DNA from: Spirochaetia bacterium
GTDB lineage: Bacteria; Spirochaetota; Spirochaetia; B11-G9
NCBI GenBank assembly: GCA_027859095.1
Contig: JAQIBN010000085.1
Span: 1 to 56,128, forward strand
DNA: 56,128 bases
Direction of reading: 5' to 3'
The notes beneath the pieces are model-generated. The model was not told the origin of the DNA, did no database searches, and saw nothing but the letters and a program-made list of their open reading frames with translations. This document shows positions 9,035 through 18,600 of the stretch, piece after piece. How positions within the stretch are numbered: the stretch's first letter is position 1; every line of letters begins with the position of its first letter. The translations under genes were made by a program, and so were the position numbers.

Positions 9035-10117
9035 CTATCCCTCAAAAAACTCCTTCAGCAGCGGCTGCAGTTTTTTCCTGGAAATTCCAAGGTTCTTCTG
9101 ATTATAAAAGGTACAACCATCTGAAGATGAATTGATTTCAAGTTTTTCCAGTCCAAGATCAGAACCTTCAAGGAAGGTAACAGTCTTTGATCGTAAGTTG
9201 CCATCAGGAACATAAACTACCAGCTGTCTGGTAAAGCCCGGAGATGTAAAGGCATTCATAGCCAGAAGAACATCCAATTTATGCTCTTTTAGATATCTAT
9301 CGCATTCATTCGCAATATCAGGATCTTTTGCAGCCCAGTCGCTGGCAGGGAGAAGAACCGAACCAATACCAAGTTTAACTGACCCCATCTGCCATTCTTT
9401 ATAATCTTTTCTTAATAAATCATAACTCCCCAGAGACGATACATTAAACTTCTCAAATTGAAGTTTATCAAATAACTTTTTACTATCCAGACCGGATATT
9501 TCAATAATCTTATTTGCTGCTTTAGAATCATCATTAGTAACCCTTCCTGCCTCAGGATCCAAATTTACAGTATCAAGTAGAATAGTTCCAAGAAGAAGCG
9601 TTCCCAAAGATTTTTCAATAGTGTCTTGCTGATCTTTTAAGAAGTTTTCTGCAACAATTGTTGCACAGGAACCTACTGGCTTGATATCTGTCACAGCTGC
9701 CGGAGGATAAGCTGCTTCATCAGCATGATGATCAATAATGCCAGTTATCAATCTTTCCAATCCGGTCTGACTGGATGCGAGCTTATTATGATCAACAAGG
9801 ACAAGTTTTAATGTCCCTGCAGCTTTCAATTTTTCAAGATCTATATCCTCAGTAAATAACAAATCATCAATATTTACTCCAGCTTCCTGAAAAAGATATA
9901 CAGCCTCAGTTCTTAGTTTAAAATCTGCTCTTGGTATATTAATTAATGGAAAGGAATTTTGACTAGGATCATCCAAATGAAGATACCATGCATAACATAC
10001 AGCTGAAGCCATTGAATCCAGATCTGCAGCTTCATTCCCCATAACTATGCTTACCTGTTTTTGTTTAGAAAAATTGTTCTTAAGTCCCTGCAGCCAGGAC
10101 ATCATATCATTACCCAT
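9035..10117 (-). CDS. DHH/DHHA2 exopolyphosphatase/pyrophosphatase, PRUNE/Ppx1-like
   Basis: GNEAADLDS, LVDHN, IIDHH, VGSCATIV, ILLDTVNL, LLRKDYK, SRKKLQP. Confidence 0.8.
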   Translation of the reverse strand: MGNDMMSWLQGLKNNFSKQKQVSIVMGNEAADLDSMASAVCYAWYLHLDDPSQNSFPLINIPRADFKLRTEAVYLFQEAGVNIDDLLFTEDIDLEKLKAAGTLKLVLVDHNKLASSQTGLERLITGIIDHHADEAAYPPAAVTDIKPVGSCATIVAENFLKDQQDTIEKSLGTLLLGTILLDTVNLDPEAGRVTNDDSKAANKIIEISGLDSKKLFDKLQFEKFNVSSLGSYDLLRKDYKEWQMGSVKLGIGSVLLPASDWAAKDPDIANECDRYLKEHKLDVLLAMNAFTSPGFTRQLVVYVPDGNLRSKTVTFLEGSDLGLEKLEINSSSDGCTFYNQKNLGISRKKLQPLLKEFFEG

Positions 10118-10204
10118 TTTTTACTCCTAAATATTATATAAACTTAGAACTATTATCATAGCATTTCCAAATTTTTGAAAGGTATATAACCATCAAACAT
10201 TCTA

Positions 10205-10801
10205 ATGGAATATATAATAAAGATTGATCCAGAAGCTGTAATTACAAATAATAAAACAGGTGTTGTTACCTGGGAACAGATTGTAGCAGATGCAAAAGCC
10301 AAAGGCGGCGATCAGTTATGGTTAGGCCCTGCAGCTGGTGGTCTTGACCATGTAACAGCTCAGATGATCTGGAAAGCAGCCGAAATTGAAGCTAAATGGG
10401 TTCCTTTTGCAAGTGGCGGAAAGGCAAAAGCAGCTCTTCTTGGAGAACAGGGTATTACTTATACAGGTAACCCCGGAGAAATAATTGGAAAACCGAATTT
10501 TTCCGTAGCTGCAGTTTGTGCAGCAGAAAGACTTCCCCAGTTCCCTGATGTACCAACCTTTAAAGAACTTGGTATAGATGGACTGGAAAATGAAATTATG
10601 TGGAGAGGTTTTGCAGTTAAAGCAGGAACTCCGGACAGCATTATTGCGTGGTACGATGATATTTTTGAGAAAGTTACCAACGATCCTGATTGGATTGCAA
10701 CATACGCACCTATGGGCAACATGCTTGTACACAAAACCAGAGATGAGTTCAATAAAATTGTTCAGGCAGACTATGATGCTTACAAGGCAGCTCGTCAGTA
10801 A
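10205..10801 (+). pseudogene. tctC: Tripartite tricarboxylate transporter substrate-binding protein, N-terminally truncated
   Basis: C-terminal TctC/Bug features (VPF.SGG.A..ALLG, R.P.FPDVPTFKE.G, WRGF); only 198 aa, no signal peptide, in-frame TAA at 10187, no SD. Confidence 0.7.
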
Positions 10802-10823
10802 TAATAATATTTTAAAGTATCTT

Positions 10824-10854
10824 TGTAGAGACGTTGCAGTGCAACGTCTCTACA
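10824..10854. repeat. REP-like palindrome (GTAG type)
   Basis: TGTAGAGACGTTGCA-G-TGCAACGTCTCTACA, perfect 15-bp arms, intergenic. Confidence 0.7.
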
Positions 10855-10887
10855 TGTGTCAGAGGGTACAAATTAAGCAGGCAAAAA

Positions 10888-11451
10888 ATGGAAATAATTA
10901 AATTTTTAGGAAAAGGCCCTGGATTTTGGGTTTTATTGACAGTATTAACAGTTATATTTTTAAGTATTGTACTAATCATATTAAAGTCATCAAAAAAACA
11001 ATTTGCAGGAAGATTAATTATTCCTGTATTTTTTATGGAGTTTGCAATTTTTTTTGGGATTCTGGCACTTGGATTTCCTGACAGGGGAGATGAAGTGGGT
11101 CCCGGAGTTGTTCCTCTCCTATGGATAATTGGAATCTTTGGATTTGGCATCATCCTTCTTATCAGGGGTGTTATTGGTCATGAGAAAGAAGATCCGACAT
11201 GGGGACGTATTGGAAAAGTTTCAATCTTTATCGCTTTGACCATACTATATCTGTTAATTATGCAGATAATTGGTTATTATCTGGCAACCACTATCTATCT
11301 TATTTCCGGAATGTACTATCTGGCATACCGGGACTGGAAGGTAATGATATCTATATCAGCAGGGTGGATTCTTTTTTCCTACTTTGCTTTCTACCGACTT
11401 CTCTATGTGCCTCTTCCAAAAGGGTTACTTATAGAGTGGATTTTTGGTTAA
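10888..11451 (+). CDS. tctB: Tripartite tricarboxylate transporter small membrane subunit
   Basis: VGPG.VP motif, TM helices, C-terminal 'F..LLYVPLPKG'; ATG 10888. Confidence 0.8.
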   Translation: MEIIKFLGKGPGFWVLLTVLTVIFLSIVLIILKSSKKQFAGRLIIPVFFMEFAIFFGILALGFPDRGDEVGPGVVPLLWIIGIFGFGIILLIRGVIGHEKEDPTWGRIGKVSIFIALTILYLLIMQIIGYYLATTIYLISGMYYLAYRDWKVMISISAGWILFSYFAFYRLLYVPLPKGLLIEWIFG

Positions 11452-12946
11452 GGAACTATTATCCAATCTTTTTGAAGGGTTTGGATACCTTGCTGGTATC
11501 GGACCTATAATTGCAATAGTGGCCGGTGTTATTCTTGGAATACTTGCAGGTGCAATGCCCGGATTATCACCATCTATGGGAGTGGCGCTTCTGGTACCGT
11601 TCACATACGGAATGTCACCACAGATAGCACTAATTCTTCTTGTGTCTATCTATATAGCAGCAAATTATGGCGGATCAATTACTGCTGTTACAATAAATAC
11701 TCCCGGAACACCTTCGGCAGTTGTTACATCCTTTGACGGATACCCCCTTACACAGCAGGGAAAAGCCGGAATAGGTCTTGGAATATCTCTGGTGTCCTCC
11801 ACTGTAGGTGGAATAATGGGAACAATAATACTGATTTTCTTTTCAGTTCCCCTTGCCCGTATGGCAGTAAGGCTTCACCCGGCAGAATACTTTGCATTAG
11901 CTATTTTTGGTCTGACAACAGTTGCATCTCTTGGGGGGAAAAACTGGCCAAAAGCCTTTCTGGCCGCAATGCTGGGGCTATTAATCAATACAATAGGTAT
12001 TGATCCAATTTCCGGTGTTAAACGATTTACTTTTGGAACTTACAGACTTTTTGACGGATTTGCACTTATACCAGCACTAATCGGTCTTTTTGCTTTAAGT
12101 GAAGTATTCACCAGAATTGAAGAATTTAAACTGGAGAAAGGCGAAGAGACAAAATATGAAAAAACACAATGGCCGACTTTCCTTGATTATTGGAAATTAA
12201 AAATCACAATTGTAAGATCTTCTATTCTGGGAACTCTTATTGGAATATTCCCCGGAGCTGGTGCTACAATTGCAGCGTTTTTATCTTACGATCTTGCAAA
12301 AAAATTCAGCAAGAAACCTGAGACATTTGGTAAAGGTAATCCGAAAGGAGTTGCGGCTGCAGAAGCTGCTAATTCAAGTTCAGTAGGTGGCGCCCTTGTG
12401 CCTCTTCTTGCCCTGGGTATACCCGAAAGTGCGTCGACTGCCGTACTTGTAGGAGCATTGATGATACATGACCTTGTTCCTGGTCCAATGCTTTTTGTTG
12501 AAAGACCGGATATCATTTATTCCCTTTTTGCAGCACTACTGATTGCAAACATTGTAATGCTTGGATTAGGACTATTTGGTGCAAGGCTCTGGGTAAAAGT
12601 AACTGTTATACCGAAAAAAGTTCTTATGCCTGCCATTCTTGCTATCTCTATTATTGGTAGTTTCGCTGTACATTACTCTTTCTTTGATGTAGCTACCTGT
12701 ATTGGGTTTGGTATTGCTGGATGGATATTAAAGAAATATGGTTATCCGGGAGCTCCTATTGTATTGGGGATGGTTCTTGGAAAACTTGCAGAAACAAACT
12801 TTAGAAGGGCTGTTATTATGGGAGGATATGATATATTCTTTACCAGACCTGTAAGTTTGATTCTTTTAGTTCTGGCACTTCTTTCTTTTGGAGTACCTTT
12901 GTATCAAACATATAAGGCAAATAAAAGAGAAAAGGCAGGAATATAG
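11444..12946 (+). CDS. tctA: Tripartite tricarboxylate transporter large membrane subunit
   Basis: GAMPGL, YGGSITAV.INTPGTP, DGYPL, AAEAANS, LALGIP; 500 aa. Confidence 0.9.
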   Translation: MVKELLSNLFEGFGYLAGIGPIIAIVAGVILGILAGAMPGLSPSMGVALLVPFTYGMSPQIALILLVSIYIAANYGGSITAVTINTPGTPSAVVTSFDGYPLTQQGKAGIGLGISLVSSTVGGIMGTIILIFFSVPLARMAVRLHPAEYFALAIFGLTTVASLGGKNWPKAFLAAMLGLLINTIGIDPISGVKRFTFGTYRLFDGFALIPALIGLFALSEVFTRIEEFKLEKGEETKYEKTQWPTFLDYWKLKITIVRSSILGTLIGIFPGAGATIAAFLSYDLAKKFSKKPETFGKGNPKGVAAAEAANSSSVGGALVPLLALGIPESASTAVLVGALMIHDLVPGPMLFVERPDIIYSLFAALLIANIVMLGLGLFGARLWVKVTVIPKKVLMPAILAISIIGSFAVHYSFFDVATCIGFGIAGWILKKYGYPGAPIVLGMVLGKLAETNFRRAVIMGGYDIFFTRPVSLILLVLALLSFGVPLYQTYKANKREKAGI

Positions 12947-12947
12947 T

Positions 12948-13760
12948 ATGAGTTTATCACCTTCTAATTTTGAAAATATACTTGTTATGGGAAAGAGTGG
13001 AGCAGGGAAGCAACCCCGAATCGATGTTTTTACTGCAGATTTTGGATTAAAACAGCTTTCCACAGGTAATATTTTCCGGTCATTTATGAAAATATTTAAT
13101 GATGCAGCTTATGAAGGTGATATAGATCAATTTTACAATATTGACAAAAATGAGTTTATAGAAGATAAAAAAATGAAAGAAACACTTGGATCCAGTATTA
13201 ATAATTCCCTTATGGATGATTTTATACTGGGTCTTAAGGCTCACTATTATGTAAGTAATGGGAAATATGTTCCAGACAGTCTTACAAATAGGCTATTTGA
13301 ATCTTACTTTAGCAGATCAGACTACAAAGGGATGGTACTTGATGGATATCCCCGAACTGTTACCCAGGCAGAATACCTCTTCAAATTAACATCAGAAAAA
13401 GGTACAAAAATTGATGCTGTTGTTCTTGTGGAGAACGAGGATGATGCCATCATTAAGCGAACTATGGGACGAAGAATATGCCCTTCCTGCGGAGCTGTAT
13501 ATCATCTTGAATTCAAACCTCCAAAAGATGGGAAGTTGTGTACAAAATGCGGAACTGAGGTAATACTCAGATCTGATGATACAGAAGAGAAACTACGTAC
13601 CAGACTCAAGGAATTTCATGAAAAGACTCAGCCGACAATAAATTTTCTTTCAGAAAAAGGAATACCAGTAGTTAAAGCAGAAGGTAATCTACCTGTTTTT
13701 ACAGAAGAGGCTGTTAAACAAAGTGTTGTTGACGGTTTAAAGGAAGCAGGTCTGCTTTAA
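12948..13760 (+). CDS. adk: Adenylate kinase family NMP kinase with Zn-binding LID (atypical)
   Basis: GKSGAGK P-loop, LSTGNIFR, LDGYPRT..QA, CPSC-x16-CTKC LID, RSDD; ATG 12948. Confidence 0.75.
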   Translation: MSLSPSNFENILVMGKSGAGKQPRIDVFTADFGLKQLSTGNIFRSFMKIFNDAAYEGDIDQFYNIDKNEFIEDKKMKETLGSSINNSLMDDFILGLKAHYYVSNGKYVPDSLTNRLFESYFSRSDYKGMVLDGYPRTVTQAEYLFKLTSEKGTKIDAVVLVENEDDAIIKRTMGRRICPSCGAVYHLEFKPPKDGKLCTKCGTEVILRSDDTEEKLRTRLKEFHEKTQPTINFLSEKGIPVVKAEGNLPVFTEEAVKQSVVDGLKEAGLL

Positions 13761-13768
13761 GGATAGAT

Positions 13769-14410
13769 ATGTCTCATTCAAAACTCTTTACAGAAACTGA
13801 AATATCCGAAACTCTTAATATCCTGCATACTCCAGCTGTAGCATCACAGATGAAGCAATTGACTGTTGGTATTGCAGGGTTGGGAGGATTAGGTTCCAAT
13901 GCAGCAGTTTCTCTTGCCAGAGCTGGTATAGGAAAACTGGTATTAGTAGATTTTGACAGGGTTGAACTGTCAAATCTAAATCGCCAGGCATATTTACTGG
14001 AACATGTTGAGATGCTAAAAACAGAAGCTATTGCTGACATCATACGGAGAATTAATCCTTTTATATCAATTAAACTTAAACAAAACACTATTACAGAACA
14101 AAACTGCATGAGTTTATTTAAGAATGTAGATATTGTAATAGAAGCTGTTGATGGTGCAGAAACAAAAGCCATAATAATAGAGACCATTCTTACACAGTCT
14201 GAGACAATCCCTGTTATTGCAGGTTCTGGAATGGCAGGATATGGTAAAAATAGTATTATTAAAGAAATTAAAATGAAAAGACTAATATTATTGGGAGATA
14301 ACATTTCTGAGGTTGCCCCTGGAGTACCTCTTATGGCCCCCAGAGTTTGTATTGTTGCCAATATGCAGGCAAATGCAGCTCTGGAAATATTACTGGGAGA
14401 ATGGAAATGA
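13769..14410 (+). CDS. thiF: ThiS adenylyltransferase (short E1-like ThiF)
   Basis: GLGGLGS, DFDRVELSNLNRQ, EAVD, APRVCIVANMQAN; adjacent to thiS. Confidence 0.8.
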   Translation: MSHSKLFTETEISETLNILHTPAVASQMKQLTVGIAGLGGLGSNAAVSLARAGIGKLVLVDFDRVELSNLNRQAYLLEHVEMLKTEAIADIIRRINPFISIKLKQNTITEQNCMSLFKNVDIVIEAVDGAETKAIIIETILTQSETIPVIAGSGMAGYGKNSIIKEIKMKRLILLGDNISEVAPGVPLMAPRVCIVANMQANAALEILLGEWK

Positions 14411-14610
14411 TTGAAGTAAATGATACACCCTATGACTGGTTTACAAATATGAATATGTACAATTTGCTAAAAATAATGGGCTATACCCTAAAAAACCCAT
14501 CTGTTTTGATAAATATAAATAATGAAGTAATACCAAAGTCAAAATGGGATACCTATATAATTCCTGATAATGCTGAAATAACTGTTGTGAACCTTCTAAG
14601 AGGTGGGTGA
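14407..14610 (+). CDS. thiS: Ubiquitin-like sulfur carrier protein (ThiS/MoaD family)
   Basis: 67 aa, 'MIEVN...INNEVI...VVNLLRGG' ending in a free GG; ATGA overlap with thiF. Confidence 0.8.
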   Translation: MIEVNDTPYDWFTNMNMYNLLKIMGYTLKNPSVLININNEVIPKSKWDTYIIPDNAEITVVNLLRGG

Positions 14611-14614
14611 AACC

Positions 14615-14685
14615 GTAGGGGGGAGAACGGCCTGGTCGCAACTTTGTTGCTGCTCGGCTATGCAACCTTAGCCATTCGCCCCTAC
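14615..14685 (+). repeat. REP-like GTAGGGG...CCCCTAC palindrome with a CTGGTC-hairpin element in its loop
   Basis: Imperfect arms 14615-14631 / 14671-14685; insert CTGGTC-GCAAC-TTT-GTTGC-TGCTCGGCTATGCAACC matches the element at 35758-35834. Confidence 0.65.
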
Positions 14686-14706
14686 AGTTTTTAATTCTCA
14701 ATTATA

Positions 14707-14735
14707 TTGATTTTCTCCATTACTACTGTTATACT
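14707..14735 (+). promoter_or_regulatory. Sigma70 promoter of the cyclase gene
   Basis: TTGATT-N17-TATACT with TG extension, then SD AAGGAGG at 14742. Confidence 0.6.
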
Positions 14736-14754
14736 CTCCTTAAGGAGGGCTGCT

Positions 14755-15663
14755 TTGATTGATCTATCTTTACTAAATGAAACAACTGAAATTCTCGCAA
14801 ACAACTTTACACCAGGAGAGATAGAAAGCCTTGGCAAGATTATTTATTCCAAATATGACGGACATAAAGCTGCAGGAGTAAAAAATCACATTACAATGTC
14901 TCCACGAAAATGTGCCAATGCCCTGGTTCAGTTTCTTAACGAAAGTAAAAAAACTTTCCAGCTAATTAAACTGATTATTGAAATGGATGACAGTGCATTA
15001 AATGGAAAAGCAAAAAATATTGAAGGCCTGGAAGCTTATTTAAATAAGCTGGTTAAAAGTGATATTTACTACGACTTTAAAAAACGTAAATTACATCATT
15101 CTAAAAAAGATGCTCATAAAATGATAAACTGGGGCATTTTAAATGATGGGAAAACTTACAGTATAACTGTTATGAGCCTGGATATAGTTGGAAACTCTAT
15201 GCTTGTTAAAAAACACGGTACAAAAACTATGGAAAAAGTATATTTTCGTCTTCGAAATTTTATTGAAAAGAAAGTTCTGGATTACGATGGGCGGATTTGG
15301 AATTTTGCAGGGGATGGAGGTCTTATTGCATTTACTTTGAAAGAGCACCCTACCAGAGCAGCACTCTGTGCACTGGATATAAGAGCTGCCCTTGCTGTAT
15401 TTAATATACGTCCTGATCTTCCTATAAAGGAACACATATCCCTGCGACTTGCTCTGGATACAGGAAAAATAAAATTTTCCTCCAACACAGGCCACATTGT
15501 TTCAGATATTATAAACTATGCAGCACATCTCGAAAAAGCAGGAACTCTTCCAGGAGAAATCTCTATCTCGGAAAATGTAAAAAAAGATCTGGCCATAAAA
15601 GTTGCCAAAGTTTTCAGTGATAAAAATGTATTTGAGAATATGAATTGTTACAGTACTGTTTAA
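14755..15663 (+). CDS. Class III nucleotide cyclase domain protein with N-terminal helical domain
   Basis: SLDIVG and AGDG metal-binding Asp motifs, LRLALDTG, IN.AAHLEK, GEISIS; TTG start 6 nt after AAGGAGG. Confidence 0.75.
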   Translation: MIDLSLLNETTEILANNFTPGEIESLGKIIYSKYDGHKAAGVKNHITMSPRKCANALVQFLNESKKTFQLIKLIIEMDDSALNGKAKNIEGLEAYLNKLVKSDIYYDFKKRKLHHSKKDAHKMINWGILNDGKTYSITVMSLDIVGNSMLVKKHGTKTMEKVYFRLRNFIEKKVLDYDGRIWNFAGDGGLIAFTLKEHPTRAALCALDIRAALAVFNIRPDLPIKEHISLRLALDTGKIKFSSNTGHIVSDIINYAAHLEKAGTLPGEISISENVKKDLAIKVAKVFSDKNVFENMNCYSTV

Positions 15664-18600
15664 AATATACCAATTCTTGTTCCTATACTGTAAGTTGGAA
15701 CTACGCCAGCCTGAATATCTGAAGAGATAAACCACAGAGCAGCTTCTGCATATAATGAATAGGTATTGAGCATTTTTAAATCCTTAAGTTCAAATTTTGC
15801 AAACTCAAACTGTGTTAATACTGATCCTAAAACAACACCCTTATCAGTAAATGAAATACGGTCTTCGGACATTGTAAAATAATTAAAATTTGCACCTACT
15901 GCAACTGACATTGAAAAGAAATCCCAATCATAACCAAAAAAATAACTAAATGGCAGATCTATAATACTTGCCAGTAACTTTCCACCTACAACCAGTCCAT
16001 TAAAACGGCCTGGAGGCGCCATCCCAATTTGTGCCTGAATCTTAACTACATCATCAAAGAAACTAAGACCAACTCCAAGCTCTCCATATGTAGCACCAAG
16101 AGCATGCATATCAATATACAATCCCTGAACAAAGGAAGGCACCTGGTATTTTTCTTTTCTTCCTTCCCTTATAAGAACTTCCACACTTTCAAGTCCATTT
16201 GAATCTCCAGCAGTTCCAACAAGTGTCACTGATCCATTAAATTTTTTATTTTCTTCTGGAATAAAAAGGCTAATCCCAGGTGATGTTTCATCTACATTAA
16301 CAAATATTTTGATAATATTCGATTGACCATCTTCAAGAAAGGATCGAATTATTAATTGATTTTCACCTTCATTCAGATCATATGTCTCAAGCCGGAATTC
16401 CCAGCTTTCCCGGCCCTTTGCATCTACAAAACTTCTTCCATTATCAAGACTGACTTCAACCTTTTTAACTCTTTTAGTTTTATCATCCTGTTCCGGACCA
16501 TCATATCCGGCTGTTCCTGTTATCAATGGACGGTCGGATACAAATTGTCCACTAATTATATTTTCAACTTTTAACCATGGTCCATCTGAAATAAATGATA
16601 TATTTCTTAGTTCAGATGTAATACTATTTTCAGCATCAGCACTTTCAACAGACAAAGTATGTAATCCATCAATTAATTCTTCTTTACCTAATGAAAAACT
16701 GAATAATCCATTAGTTTTAATATCTGTCGTTTGAATTATATTACCATCAATTTTAAGTACAGCTTTTTTTACATCTTCAAGATGATTCATACGACCTTCA
16801 ACTACGAAATTTCCAACAACATCTTTGCCTTCTTCAGGAAAAAATAAATCTATAGATTTTTGTTCTTCTAAAGGCATTATTAGTAAATTCCGGGTTTCAC
16901 TTATACTGTTAGCTGCATGATCAGTAACTGTTATAGTAAGATTATACCAGCCTGGATTGTATTCCTTTATATCAATAATATCCCTAAAAACGTCCTCAGT
17001 TATTATTTCCCTAATTACAGGTTCACCTTCACCATCCAGATATTTTAATTCTGTAATTACAGATTTTATCTTTGTACTGTCATAAACTTTACCATCAACT
17101 ACAAGAGTACCTGCTACAGAATCACTTTCACCAGGATAATCAAGTTTAATCTCCGGAGATGTATTATCAATATTTAAAATAGTTGAAGCTATACCAACTG
17201 TTCCAGCATTATCAACAGCTTTAATTAATATTGAATGCGTACCATCTCCAGAAAGTCGGGTATTAAAATTATAAGTCCATGTAAATGTTGTAGATTCTTC
17301 ATTACTTTCTTCAATAAAAACTTCTTTTTCTAAAATAGCTTTATTAAATGTCACTCCATTATCATATGAAATAAATACAGAATCTACGCCATTCTCATCA
17401 TAGGTTTGACCTTTCAGGGTAATATTATTTTTAGCATAAAATTCAATAACAGGAGAAAGCAATAAACTAACAGGTTCAGCTTTTGATACAATAAAATTTA
17501 CAGTTACATCTTCACTCATAAACCCACCTGAGTCAGATGCTCTTACAGTTACAGTATGCTCGCCATCAATTAAATTATCTAAAGAATAGGGGATATTAAA
17601 GTATTTATCTCCCAGAAGTTCTGTAAATTCTTCAGTATCCATTGAATAATAAATAGAGCCAACTTCATCATCATCAAAAACCAATCCCGTTATTTCAAAG
17701 TCATCACGAATAGTAGCATTACTTGCGGGTATTTCTATGGAAACAGTAGGTCTGTCTGATTCACGATCAACTATAAATTGAGGTTTTAATTCAGTAATAT
17801 TCCCAGCTCTGTCACTAAGCTTCAATATAAAATCTTCTGATATTACTTCTTCTCTGGATAAATCAATGTTAAGAAAAAAACCATTATCCTCTGCAATAGG
17901 GATTTCGATAAAATCCACACCATTTTCGGAAAAAAACAGTAGACCACCATCAGTAAAATCTTTGATTTCACCAACTACTGTTATAATTCCCTCAACAGAA
18001 ACATCAGGCTCAGGGATAATTACAGCAAGAACTGCAGATGTTCTATCAATAACAAATGGAATAGTCTCTGAATAAATATTGCCAAAAATATCTGTAATAA
18101 TTACTGTATAAAAATGATTACCTTCCTCCAGGCTTAACAGATCAATTTCCATATCAAATACTTCAGAATTATCATCTTTTCCATTTGTCAATTCACGACT
18201 GGAACCATAACTGACAGCAGATCCTGAAAACTCAATATTTGTTTTTTCGATACCAGTTCCATCTGAGTATGTTCCCGATAGAAGCAGCTTATCTGTTAAA
18301 ACAGAATTATTGGTATTACTAATATTTAAAACAGGTATAGTATTATCACTTCCAACCTTTATATCTTCACTTGTATATTCTTTTCCCTGGGATGTTTCTA
18401 TTTTTACGGTAAAAGAAACAGGTATAGATTCAGATACAGGTACAATTGAAAAACGACTGCCCTCATATTCAATTTTAAAGCTTTCCTGTTCTGGAACTAA
18501 AACAGCAGATTTAATTGTATCTTCTGTTACAAAAATGTCCATTACGGCTTCTTTGGAATTTTTTGGATTATCTGAATCCACAACTGCAGGACTTATCATT

